A DNA stretch of 64,000 nucleotides, taken from contig MU057487.1 in the NCBI GenBank assembly GCA_013265495.1, positions 744,001-808,000 on the forward strand, in the 5' to 3' direction. Below are positions 13,301 to 25,430 of the stretch, piece by piece. The translations under genes were made by a program, and so were the position numbers. This DNA comes from Vicugna vicugna. Lineage: Eukaryota. Within the stretch, counting starts at the first letter, position 1; each line of letters begins with the position of its first letter. The notes under the pieces are model-generated. The model was not told the origin of the DNA and searched no databases. It saw only the letters and a program-made list of their open reading frames with translations.

Positions 13301-14240
13301 GCCATTTGCAGCAACATGGATGCTAATAGAGAATGTCATTCTAAGTGAAGTAAGCCAGAAAGAGAAAGAAAAATACCATATGGGATCGCTCATATGTGGA
13401 ATCTAAAAAACAAAAACAAAAACAAACAAACAAACAAAAACAAAGCATAAATACAGGACAGAAATAGACTCATGGACAGAGAATACAGACTTGTGGTTAC
13501 TAGGGAGGTAGAGGGTGGGAAGGGATAGACTGGGATTTCAAAATTGTAGAATAGATAAACAAGATTACACTGTATAGCACAGGGAAATATACACAAAGTG
13601 TTATGATAAATCACAGAGAAAAAAATGTGACAATGAGTGTGTATATGTCCATGAATGACTGAAAAATTGTGCTGAACACTGGAATTTGACACAACATTGT
13701 AAAATGATTATAAATCAATAAAAAAGTTAAAAAAAGTAATTTGGATTGGAAAGGAAAAAGTAAAATTATCTCTATTTGTAGAAAATATGATATTACATAT
13801 AGAAAACCCTTAAGAATTCATTTAAAAAACTAGTAGGTTTTAGTTTTTAATAAACTTGCTCAGTAAAGTGGCAGTATACAAGATCAATGTACAATATACA
13901 AAAATTAGTGATACATTGCTATGCAGTGGCAATGAGCAATCCGAAAATGAAATTAACATCAGTTCCATTAACAATACCATCAAAAAGGATAAAATACTTA
14001 GGGATAAATTTAACCAAGGAAGTATAAGATTTGTACACTAAAACCCACAAAGCATTATTTTAAAAAGTGAAAGAAGATCTAAATAAATAGAAAGACATCC
14101 TGTGATCATGGATTGAAAGACTTAATATTAGTAAAATGACAGTAGTCCCCACAAACGATCTACAGATTAAATGCCATCCCTGTGAAATGCCCAATTGCCT
14201 TTTTTTTTTTCCTGAAAAGGATAAACTGATCCTAAAATTC
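10310..14240 (+). mobile_element. Old L1 (5' region, ORF1 and partial ORF2), interrupted by a younger L1
   Basis: ORF1-like remnants at about 11340-12200 (aataaactcaaagagatccatacctagacatattataatcaaact) and ORF2 remnants (DYRPISLVSINAKIL; SKVAVYKINVQ). Confidence 0.85.
13247..13731 (+). mobile_element. Younger 5'-truncated L1 3' end nested in the older L1
   Basis: ORF2 tail plus 3'UTR and A-rich tail; 15-bp TSD aaaagtcatttggat (13232-13246) / aaaagtaatttggat (13732-13746). Confidence 0.9.
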
Positions 14241-15019
14241 AGTTCTAAGTTCTAAGTTCTTCTACACTAAACACAATGAACAGCTTGATGGACATTTTAA
14301 AATTGAATTTCTGAGTAAGAGGTAAGTCTTTAGTTAGATTTGTAATTTATAATTTTGTAAGTTGAGTTTGCTCAAGTGAGAACATACCTGCTCTCACACT
14401 TGAACTGCTCATCTTTATTAAAAAAGAGAACAAAATTATATTAGTGCAATTTGCAGAGCTCAGTATGAAGCTACATCGTAGCTTCTTTCTGTTGCTATGG
14501 GCAAGTTACTTGAATGACTTCAACAGATTCTTGAACTGAACAGAAATTGCTTCCCACTCAGTTATAATTTTACCATGCAGAAGCTAGAAATCGGGAATAA
14601 ATAATGAAGGAGGTCATCCAGGTTCACATTTAATGCTCTATGTGGGATGTAGCTGATGGTTGGAGAAGGGAAGCGTGACCTAGTGATGGAGAGATCGTGC
14701 TTTATGATCTGAAAGAAAGTCTGGCAGTTCTGATGTTACTTTCACATAAGTAAATGAGGGTAGGGGGAGCTGTACAAAGGAACAAATATGGTTGCCAAAG
14801 TTGTGACTTTAAAGTTGTACCCTACAGAAAGAAGTGAATAGTCCCGAATTTTTTAAAAAAAACATAGAATGTGGAATATAGGTTGATTATAATTATGACA
14901 TTATTTGTCATATAACTGTCATATTTTTGAGATAAAGATTGAAGAAGTGGAAGACATAAGAAATGTTTTTCCTCAAAACACCTTTTATGTAATCCATAGC
15001 TTTATTTATTGACAAGAGG

Positions 15020-15560
15020 TTTGGTGGATTAAAGATGGCTATGGTTTCTTCGTTTTTAACTCTGTTCTTTGAGAAGTGGAGTTTATCTTTCCTCATCCTG
15101 AATCTATTCCAGCCCTTTGATGGCTTAAGCAATAGATTATGGTGGAAGTGACACTGGACCAGTTCTAGGCTTAGCCTTTTAGAGGACTAAAGGGGAGCTT
15201 TTGCTTCTGTCCTCTGGGAACACTCACACCTAAAACTCTGCCTTCTAGAACCCAGCTGCCATCCTGTGAAAAACCCAAGCCACATGAGAGCACATGTGAG
15301 ATGCTGTGGCCAGCATGCCCAGCAGGGTTCCCAGACTTCAGCTAGCATCAACTGACAGCCATGTGGGTGAGTCATCTTTAGATGTTCAAGCCCAAAGCCT
15401 AATAGCATCACCCAGTAACTGTGGCCCCACAGTGACACTGCTGGACTAGAAGTACCCCGGCGTCCCAGTTAACACTCAGAACTGTAAGGAGTAAAAAAAT
15501 GGTTGAATTAAGCTATTGAATTTTGGCTGGTTTGTTATGTAGCAACAGGTAGTCAAAACA
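15020..15560 (+). mobile_element. MaLR solo LTR (MLT1G/H-like)
   Basis: Starts ggtggattaaagatggc, contains cccagctgccatcctgtga and cagccatgtgggtgag, and ends gtttgttatgtagcaacaggtagtcaaaaca. Confidence 0.75.
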
Positions 15561-16109
15561 ATTATCTTGCATAACGATCTGTATTAAGTTGTGTTAAAAT
15601 TTAGGTGTTACAGATAGCAGAGTGAACAGAAAATTAGTAAATTTGACCTACATCAACATTTATGTCTGCAACCCCTCCTCAGAACTTCCCCAGGGAGTTT
15701 TAGCAATTCAAAAGACTGCCTTCAGACCTGATTGATCCCTTTTCTAAAATTAAATTTGTATTCCACCTGGCTCTAGACAAAAAGTATGTGAAAAATCTGT
15801 AAGTACCTCAATTTAACACGTTGAACATGCTATCTCTTCTTTAAACTTCAAACATGGAGACAAGGCTTTTACTTAGAACTTTACCTCAGCAAAATTTTTC
15901 GTTTGTTTTGAATAAGATGAAAAACAGAAGAATGTTAAGTTACATAATTTTCACATAGCCTGTTATGTTGTCATTGATATGTTTTAAAAATAGATTAAAA
16001 CAAAACAGAAGAAAATCACTACAAAAGACAATAAAACCAGTTGCCCTAAAAGAAAAATTTAGATTCAGTAAGCTAGGAAAAGAAATTCCTATATGCTGAG
16101 TTAACTTTT

Positions 16110-16237
16110 TCTAGGGGGAGAGAGTTAATTTGGTTTATTTATTATTATTTTTTTAATGGAGGTTCTGGGGATTAAACCCAGGACCTCATGAATGGTAAGC
16201 ACTGCACTTTACCACTGAGCTATACCGTCCTGCTTCT
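16110..16237 (-). mobile_element. tRNA-derived camelid SINE (Vic-1-like)
   Basis: The reverse strand reads ggtatagctcagtggtaaagtg (A box)...cctgggtttaatcccc (B box)...aataaataaacc tail; 13-bp TSD tgagttaactttt at 16097-16109 and 16238-16250. Confidence 0.85.
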
Positions 16238-16321
16238 TGAGTTAACTTTTGAATTTGGTTTCTGAGTCTTTTGTCAATAATTGGTAAGAATGAATTAGTG
16301 GAATAAAAGTGCACTGAATGA

Positions 16322-16455
16322 GGGGAGGGTTTACCTCTAGCGGTAGAGTACATGCCTAGCATGCAGGAGGTTCCTGGGTTCAATCCCCAGCACCTCCATC
16401 AAAAAATAAATAAATAAACCTAATCCTTCCCCCCTCAAAAAAAAAGATACTTTAT
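16322..16455 (+). mobile_element. tRNA-derived camelid SINE (Vic-1-like)
   Basis: ggggagggtttacctctagcggtagag...cctgggttcaatccccagcacctcc...aaataaataaataaacctaat...cccc-polyA; imperfect TSD aaaagtgcactg / aaaagtacactg. Confidence 0.85.
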
Positions 16456-17289
16456 AAAAAAGTACACTGGTGATTCCCTTTTATCTTGTTGGATTTTACC
16501 TCAGATGCCGGAGTTAAGCTAAATGTGAACATATGTTTTTGTGGATTGACAACACACATTTTTCAATACATATAGTCTACTGAGAAACACAGTGCTCTTG
16601 GAGTTCAACCTGTCTTCTGGGAATGTCTTGAGGAAATACCTAATTTTGAACAAGTTACCAATGCTCTCTCCCCTCAATATCTGACTCAGTAGGAAAAAAT
16701 AAAAGAATGCTAACTATCTTGCCCAGTTTATTTGAAAGGACTGATCTTTAAAATCAAGTGATCCTATATGATAAGCATATGTAAAGAGTAGAAGACTTTT
16801 TTTAAGTTAAAACCATTTTATAGTTGTTCTTGAAATTTTGCTTCCAGTAATTGTGTATTTTTTCTTTCAATTCTGCTAACTATTTTAATATGTTTTTCTG
16901 AGATCCAAAACTGTTCATTTTTTAGATTGTGCTGTCTCTGAATGCTTTGTTTATAAAGGTCTCTGAAGTTAATTGATATTTAACTGGAACATAAACCACG
17001 ACAAAAATATTGGAGAGAGAAGAGAAAAAATAATCCTATATAGAGAAAATAAAAACTAAGATGATAAATCCACACATTCAAACTTCTAACATAACCTCCT
17101 TTCTTTCTATCTCATTTCAACCTATCCAGGATCTATACTTTGTAGATCCAAGTAACTGTTCATCAGCTCCTCATGTCCTCAGTTTCTCTCCATGCCCAGA
17201 TTAGATTCCATGGTTTGTCATTCTAATCACACCTTGCATACAACATTACTCCTTCACCTCTCTTTCCTTGTATGTTTTTCCGGGAACTT

Positions 17290-19915
17290 CATATATATGA
17301 AATTACATTGTAAATACTCTTGTAGCATGCTTCATTGCCTAGCCTAATGTGTTTAATGATTTATCCATGTATGTTTCTGTCATTCATTCCTTTTTGTGCC
17401 TGAATGGGATTACTGAATATATCACATTTCATTTATTGTCTTGTTGATGAACATTTAGGTTATTTGTAAGTTTTGCTATCAGGAATAAAGCTGATGTAAA
17501 CTTTCTTGTACAAATCTTTATGTGACTATGTGTTTTCATTTCTCTTAGGTGAACATCTAAGACTAGAATTTCTGAATATTAAGGTAAGTGTATGTGTTTA
17601 ACTTCATAAGAAACTGCCAGTTTCCTAAAGTCATTTTCCATCATCAGTGACAAAGAGTCGGAGTCGCTTGGCATCCTCTCAGCAACTAATATTTGTATTG
17701 GTTAGTTTTTGCTTCATTCAGATCTCTGCATAACTTAGTGCCGTAAAACACCAGTGTGAGCCAGCTCACTGGAACACAATGGCCTAGGGTAACCTCACTT
17801 GTATATTTGATGATGATTCCATCGTCACCTGGGATGACAGTCATGACTTGTCCTTGTGTGTGACAGAGATTGGTCAAGACTCATCCACATGGCAGCTGGT
17901 TATAAAATCAGCAAGAGAAGGCAAGCTCCATTCCTCTTCCACTTTCCAAATCTCTGCTTGGTTCATGTTTGTTAATGTCCTAGTAGCCAAAGAAAGTCAT
18001 GTGGCCAAGAACGTATTTAAAGAATGAGGAAATAGATGCCACATTTAATAGGACAAACTGAAAAATCACATCGGAAAGGGCTATCACTGCAGGGATAGAA
18101 AGTATTTCAGCAAACTACCATAGGCTTCTCTTTGATCACAAACCATTTACAGACTCTTCACTAGAACTTCACATCCTAGAACTCCCCAGAGTTTCAGGTC
18201 AGTGATGGCCTCAGTCTCAGAGTTGAGGATCTAGTTATCTAAATCAGATCCACATGCTGCTGAGGTGCCAAGAACTATAGTCATCAAGGGGTCGTCAGGG
18301 AAGCAGAGCTAGCATGAGCATTAGTGGAATAAGGGATTCACTATAGGAATTAGACCTTCCATGAAACTGAAAGTAGATGAGGGTAAATGGAAGGGTTGCT
18401 GGAGGATCAGAAAAGGGATCACTAGTGAGTCTACCTAAAATACTGGTGCAGGTTGGAGCTTGCAGGGGAAATTTGAGAAACCAAACACATCCAGCCATTG
18501 CAGGAGCACCAAGAAGAGGAAGTTCATGGTGAGTTGCAGGGGAATTCATTGCCTTTGTGTAGCAACCATTTTTGTGGGTCCAGAGCCGAGCATCTGATGA
18601 CAGAACTGGGGCTGCTGTTGATCACCCTGAAAGATGAGTTGAACAGTCTTGTAAAATGAGATCAGGCCGTGACTCAGTGAATATATCTGCACCTGTCTGG
18701 CACTAAGTCTGACACTGACAAACTTTTTAGAACAATGGATATTGCTTTATTTATATGCTTTAAATTGTGCAGAAGTTTCTCTTTTGGCCAAATCTAAAAC
18801 ACACAAAGAAATCCTGGGAAATACAGTTCTCAGTTTAAGCAGGTTGACATAGAAAAATCCAGTGCACAGTTACTAGTTTTAGTTTTTCATTTCAGCATGG
18901 TACCAGATCTGTATATACTCATTGTATCTCATTGGGTTCCAGTTTACACTACCCTACTGACTGTGCTTATTGGCCATTAACATTCCTTATTTTGTGATTG
19001 TCCAAGTTTTGTACTGATTTTTATTGGTTTGTTGTCTTTTTATTGTTGAACTTTAGAAAATCTCCATATATTCTAAATACAAATCCTTTGTTATATAAAT
19101 ATATTGCAATGCTTTTATCCCATTAAGGCTTGCCTTTTTAATTTTCTTAGCAATGACTATTTTGAAAAGAACTTTTTAATTTTAATGAAGTTCACTTTGT
19201 TAAACTTTTTATTATGGACCGTGATTTCTGTGTTGGAAGAAATCATCAAACACTCCAAGGTTGCAAAGATGTACTTCAATATTTTCTTTAAGGAGTCTTT
19301 TAGGTTGAATTTTTATGTTTAGATCTACATCCAATCTTGAGTTAATTTTTATATCTGGAGTGAGGTATTGGTCAAGTTTTTCTTTTTTCTTTTCTTTTTT
19401 TTTTTTTTTTTTTATTTTTATATAGACAGCCCATTAGTACCATATGAAAACCACATACAATCTCTGTTTCATTGGTGTCTTTATTAAAGATAAATTTACT
19501 ACTTTTCATTATGTAGGTATCTATTTCTGGACTTCCTATTTTGATTCATCTATTGTCTTCCGTATCAATAATTATTATAGCTTTATAGCAATTCTTAATA
19601 CAAATCTTGCAAATTTGTTCCATTTAAATATTTAAAAAAATTATTCTAGGTCATTTGCATGTCATTATAAATAGTATCAGACCTTCAACTTATACCAAAA
19701 AATAGCCTGCTTGAATGTTGGTTGGAAATATGTTGAATCTATAGAATTTGGAAGAAATTGATATTTTACAAATCTTCTAATCTATGAATATGATGAATCC
19801 ACTTATTTAGGTCTCCCTTAATTTTAGCAATAAGATTTTCAGGTAGAAACCTTGTACAGTTTTGTTAAATTTATTATGAAGAATTTTTCTTGCTGGCACT
19901 GTAAATGGCATTGTT
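17290..19915 (-). mobile_element. Old L1 (L1ME-like) 3' portion, interrupted by LTR-like fragments at about 17700-18850
   Basis: gttgatgaacatttaggttatt, ttcataagaaactgccag, aaatctccatatattctaaatac, cttctaatctatgaatatg: antisense L1 signature. Confidence 0.65.
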
Positions 19916-19919
19916 TTTA

Positions 19920-20700
19920 TTCTCCCACCCTCACCCCAATCTATCATCAATAGGGCAGCTAAATTATTATTATTAAAAATAAAATCAGATGTCATTCCTC
20001 ATTTCATAACCAATAAAGTGCCTCTTCTATAAGCATAATAAATACCAACGTCATTTTAATAGCTTAGGAATTCCTACCTCATCTCCTTCCATTATTCCGT
20101 TTATTCCTACTCTCTTCCAACCACAGAGGTCCTTGCTGTTTCTCCAAATGCCTCCCTCCTCAGAGGCTTCATTGTCATTTCCTTGGCCTGCCACATCCTA
20201 CCCCCAGTATGTGCATGGCTTTCTCCTTCACTGTCTTCAGGTCTCTCCTCAGATGGCACCACATCACCTTACTCCTGACCACCTTATATGAAATAAAGCT
20301 GACTCACCCCCTCAGCACCACCCCATCCAAAATATCTGGGTGACCTTACGTTTTCATTTGTTCAAGCAGGATGCTCCAGCTCAATGCCTGCTGACCTGGC
20401 TCCCCATCTAGTTTTCAAGTCCTTTCATTCTAAAAAGTTTCCCAATTTGAACAATAAATTACTTATCACCCTATCCTTACCCTGATCTACTTTGCTTCCT
20501 GGCCTTTATCAACTCCATGTCATATAGTACTCGTGCACATTTGTTTGTTTTCCAGCTTCCCCAAAGGGACTATGAATTCCATGTGACAGAGTATTTTTTA
20601 TTGTTGGCTGCTTTTAGCTCCATCACTTAGACTATCGCCCGACTTAATTTATCATGCTAATAAGTAAATAATTAATAAATGTACTGGCTGAATGACTTCG
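19920..20700 (+). mobile_element. L2 3' fragment
   Basis: aaaatcagatgtcattcctc, ttcaggtctctcctcagatggcacc, and a terminal aataaatgtactggctgaatga. Confidence 0.7.
20337..20473. mobile_element. hAT-Blackjack MITE (MER94-like) nested in L2
   Basis: Terminal inverted motifs tgggtgacc ... tatcacccta. Confidence 0.5.
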
Positions 20701-21134
20701 GGAATTCACTTCACCATTTGAACTTCTGGTTTGTTTTTTTTTTTCCTCTCTCTGTCAAAGGAATTCCTAGATTAAATGAGGTCATTAAGGGCATTCCAGC
20801 TCTCAAATACAATAGTTGCTTGTGAAATCCCACTTCTTTCTGATACAAGTTACACTTAAGTCAACAGTTGCTCTGTGAGGAGGGGGAACATTAGAGCGAC
20901 GTTTTTTTTTGTAAGCCAGAGTAATCATCTAGAGCAATAAAAGACATTGTTCTAAAGTAGAATTTCGCTTAAGCAGCATAGATTGATTTAAAAATAATTT
21001 CTGAGATGATGACTTGCCAGAAGACTCAAGCATAATCCTTATTAATCGTTTTCTGACCTGAGTTTTTTTCCATACATTCTTGTAATATTAAAATATACAT
21101 TTATGGAATGGGCAAAGTTATTTATGGAATTCAT

Positions 21135-23165
21135 CTTGTGATGAGCCCTAGATTTCTATATCTAGCCCAGACTTGTCCCCTGCACTCCAGACTCATATAT
21201 CCAAATGCCTGTGAACTCTCTGCTTGCATTTCTAATAGGCACCTCAAACGGAACATGTTCAAACCTGAGCTCCTAATTTTCTCCCTGAACTTTCTGCTCT
21301 CAAAGTCTCTCACTTCAGTGGATGGCGGCAGTTCCATTCTTCCAGTTGCTCAGGCCGAAATTCTTGCTGTCATCCTTGATTCTTCTTATATCTTATACCC
21401 CATATCCAATCTATCAGCATGTCCTTTTGGTTATCCCTTCAGATGCACCAACTATCAGACCAATTCTCACCCTCCTGCACTTTTGCCCTAGGGAAGTTAA
21501 TACTGCGTTTCTCTGAACTACTGCAGTAGCATTTTAACTATTGTTCCCTGCCTTCTGCCCTACTCATTCCTCAATACCCACCCATGTGTATTTTCAATAA
21601 AGCACTCCAGAAGATCATTCTAAGGCCTAACCCAGATCGTGTCACTTCTCTGTTCCAAGTCCTCTAATACTATGTTGAATAAAATGGTGAGAGTGGGCAT
21701 CCTTGTCTTGTTCCAGATTTTAGTGGGCAGGCTTTCAGTTTTTAACCATTGAGTATTATGTTGGCTGTGAGTTTGTCATCAATAGCTTTTATTATGTTGA
21801 GATATGTTCACTCTATACCCACTTTGGTAAGAGTTTTTGTCATAAATGGCTGTTGAATTTTACCAAATGCTTTTTCTGTGTCTATTGAGATGATAGTGTG
21901 ATTTCTTCCTTTCTTTTGTTGATGTAGTGTGTCACATTGATTTAGTTGACTATGTTGAACCATCCCTGTGTCCCTGGGATAAATCCAACTTGATCGTAGT
22001 GTATAATCTTTTCTATGTGCTGCTGGATTTGATTTGCTAAATTTTTGTTGAGAATATTTGCATCTATGTTCACTGAAGATATTGGCCTGGAATTTTCTTT
22101 TTTGGTAATGTCTTTGGTTTTGGTATCAGGGTGATGGTGGCTTCATAGAATAAGTTTGGGAGTGTTCCTTTTCTTCAGTCTTTTGAAAGAGTTTGAGAAG
22201 GATTGGTATAAGTCCTTCTTTGTATGTTTGGTAGAATTCCCCAGTGATGTCATCCAGCCCTGGACTTTTGCCTGCAGGGAGATTTTTTATATTACGGATT
22301 CTATTTCGCTTCTAGTGATTGGTCTGTTCAAATGATCTTCTTGATAGAGTTTTGGTAGCCTCTATGTTTCTAGAAACTTGTCCATTTCTTCTAGGTAGTC
22401 CAATTTGTTGCCCTATAATTTTTCATAGTATTCTCTTATGTGTTTTTGTATTTCTGTGTTGTTGGTCATAAGTTCTCCATTTTCATTTCCTTTTTTGTTT
22501 ATTTGTGTCCCCTCTCATTTCTTCTCGGTGAGTATGGCCAAAGGTTTGTCGATTTCATTTACTCTTTCAAAAAACCAGCTCTTGGTTTGATTGATTTCCC
22601 AAGTCCTCTAATTGCTTCCATCTAACTCTAAATGCCATGTTCCTGAGAGGGACCTATAAGATCTGTCACCCTGCTGCCTCTCTGACTTCATCTTTTACTA
22701 CTTTCTTCTTCTTCTTTTTGTTCTAGTCACAGTGGCAGGGAACATATTACATACCCTCTCGCCTCAAAAAATCACTTGCTATTGATTGACCTTGCCTAGA
22801 ATACTCTTTCCCGCAGAGGTCTGTAGGTCTTGATGTTTTACATGCTTCAGGTCTCTCCTCAAATGTCACATTATCAGAGTGGCCATTCCTGTGCCCTCGA
22901 TATAAAATAGCAACTTCCTCCCTGGTTCCCACATTCCTTATTTCCTTTACCCTCTTCATTTTTGTCTGCTTAGTAGTTAGTTCCATCGGACATACTGGAA
23001 CAACACAGTATATTTTGTGTATGCTTTTTGTCTGTCCCCCTTTCCTAGAATATAAATTCATGAGGTCCAGGGTTTTGTCTGTTTTGTGACCTCCGTATAT
23101 CTCTCCATCCCCTGGAACTGGGACTGGAACATAGATGTTCAATAAATATTTGTTAAATGAAAGAA
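21135..23165 (+). mobile_element. L2 element split by an L1 insertion
   Basis: ccagactcatatatccaaatgcct, tctaataggcacctcaaac, caaatgtcacattatcagag, ending caataaatatttgttaaatgaa. Confidence 0.85.
21669..22598 (-). mobile_element. Internal L1 ORF2 fragment with TSD, lacking 3'UTR and poly(A)
   Basis: Collinear with the L1 ORF2 at about 6070-6880; flanked by the perfect 14-bp direct repeat ccaagtcctctaat (21655-21668, 22599-22612). Confidence 0.9.
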
Positions 23166-23694
23166 GCAGTAAATCTATTAAACAAACCTTCTGTTATCCA
23201 GGGTTCTTCTTCCCCTTCCAGTCTTAACTCCATTAAAAAAAAATGACTCCTTGATAAGGTAAACTTATTTTAAATGAGTTATCTTTAAATTAATGTGCAT
23301 TTAAAACTATGTTTTTTTAAAAACTTGTTTTTGAAGCTTAGAATATGCACAAATACAAGCAATGTAAAATGCCCAATCAGACTTGTAAGAATCATCCTCT
23401 GACTGACTAGTAATTGCTCCGAGTCTAGAGGGATGGCAAGGTTGGATGTCAGTCCTTCTTAGCTCTCAGAGGAGAGGAGAGGGCTGGTGGAATCAGAGGT
23501 GTTTTGACGCTTTCCCACTTTTCCCAGCGCACCACACACTTCTTGCTGTTTTAGTTCTTCAAACAACGCACAGAACGTAGACCTTACGCTACCTTCTAGT
23601 TCTCCAGTACAGCACTCTACACAAACACTCAAGACCTTCCCCACCAAAGCGTTTTTTAATCCTGAAAGTGCTGTTACTTGTGTTAACACCAAAG

Positions 23695-23830
23695 AGGATC
23701 TGGAATTTCTTCTAGTTCAGCCTGACAATTTTCTAAGTGAGGAAACTGGAACTCAGGGAGATGAAGTGACTTATCCAAAAACCACTCAGAGCTGGCCTCA
23801 GAATCCAAGTCTCCAGTTTCTCATTCCTCT
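23695..23830 (-). mobile_element. MIR fragment
   Basis: gtgaggaaactgg...agggagatgaagtgacttatccaa core. Confidence 0.7.
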
Positions 23831-24929
23831 TAATCTATACTCTACTGTATTCATCAGCCTGTGAGTCACATGAATAAATATAGGAAATAACCTAGAAGTT
23901 AACAGTAGGACAATGTTTACCTGTATTCTTATGATAGCTTTACTACACAGCTATTAAAAATCATTATATAGAAGTCATTAAATGACATGGGAAGTATTTG
24001 TAGCATAGCTAAGTGAAAAAAGCCAATCACATAACCTCAATTTTATAAAATTGTTGTGTAAATGATGAGAAGGCTTTATACATCAGTAATTATCAGTGGG
24101 CTGACTATACATCAATAAAATAATTATCAGTGGTTACTTCTGGAAGATAGGATTAGAGATTTTTTTAAACTTGTTTTTACACTTTCATAATTCCAAAATC
24201 AATACATTTAAATAAAAGACCATTTGAACATTCCTCCTGCATCACACTTCTCATAAACTTTAAGGTCTGCATTTTAAACATGGGAATATATTTATCTGTG
24301 CTAACTTTTCTTGTATAAAGAGCATGCATAAGATATATGTGAGATATAAATGTATGGAAAATTCAACAAGCTTCACAGATGTATAGAATTCCTAGCAATT
24401 AAGTCCAAAGAGAGAGTGGCTTCTAACTATCTTAACCAGGTATATAAATGAAGGATTTGGGGGGAGAATAATATAGCTTATTAGAATCACAAAGCCTTAC
24501 TGTTTTTTTTAATTCTCGTGTCTAAATATTATACTTAATTATTGCACAAAATTATATTCTTACCCTGCAAAAAGGTTTTTAAATTATTTGAAACCCTGTA
24601 GATCGTTGTAACACAAAATTTTGTTAGTCTCTTCTTTGCAACTGCAGTTTTTGCCAAGTCATTTCAGAACTCTCATATAAACAAATAATAATGCTCCGTA
24701 AGAAAATGACTATGCATGGTTTTGTTTCTCTTTGTTTTTGCTTAACATTTGCATCTCAACTGATATTCATAATAATCAGTTTATAACTAATGTTTAGATG
24801 AGTAAAATGACTTCAGAGAGTCTAAATAGCTTGCCAAACATCATCCTTCTAGTAGGTGAGGGAGCTAGGTTGAAGCCTAACTCTCCCTGTGCATAAACTT
24901 ATGTTATGCTGTCCTTACAGAATATTTTA

Positions 24930-25356
24930 TTTTTATTTTTTATTAAAGTATGGTTAATTTATCATATTACCTTAGTTTCAGGTGTACAGCATAGCGATTC
25001 AGGATTTTTGCAGGTTACACTCCATTATACATTATTACAAGATAATGGCTATAATTCTCTGTGCTATACAGTATATACTTGTCATTTATCTATTTCATAC
25101 CTGGTAGTGTGTATGAAATACCCCTAATTTGTCTCTCCCCCCTGCCCCTTTGGTAATCACAAGTTTGTTTTCTATATCTGTGAGTCTGTTTTTTTTTTTC
25201 AAGTACATTCATTCATATTATTTTTTAGATTCCACATGTAAGTGATATCATACAGTTTTTGTCTTTCTCTAACTTACCTCACTAAACATAATATTCCCTA
25301 GGTCCAACTTCGCTGCAAATGGCAGAATTTCATTCTTTTTCATGGCTGAGTAATAT

Positions 25357-25403
<47 letters not shown>

Positions 25404-25430
25404 GTAACGTCTTCTTAATCCAGTCGTCTG
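24930..25430 (-). mobile_element. 5'-truncated L1 3' end
   Basis: T-rich tail, ttagattccacatgtaagtgatatcatacag, catggctgagtaatattc; perfect 14-bp TSD tacagaatatttta (24916-24929, 25431-25444). Confidence 0.9.
25359..25398 (+). repeat. (GT)20 microsatellite
   Basis: Twenty perfect GT units inside the L1 3' end. Confidence 0.97.

Noticed and set aside
16110..16455. tRNA genes (A and B boxes present)
   Set aside because: Diverged tRNA heads followed by SINE-specific tails and TSDs show that these are SINEs.
21108..23142. 127-aa and 131-aa ORFs (21108..21491, 22747..23142)
   Set aside because: Both lie within a decayed L2 element.
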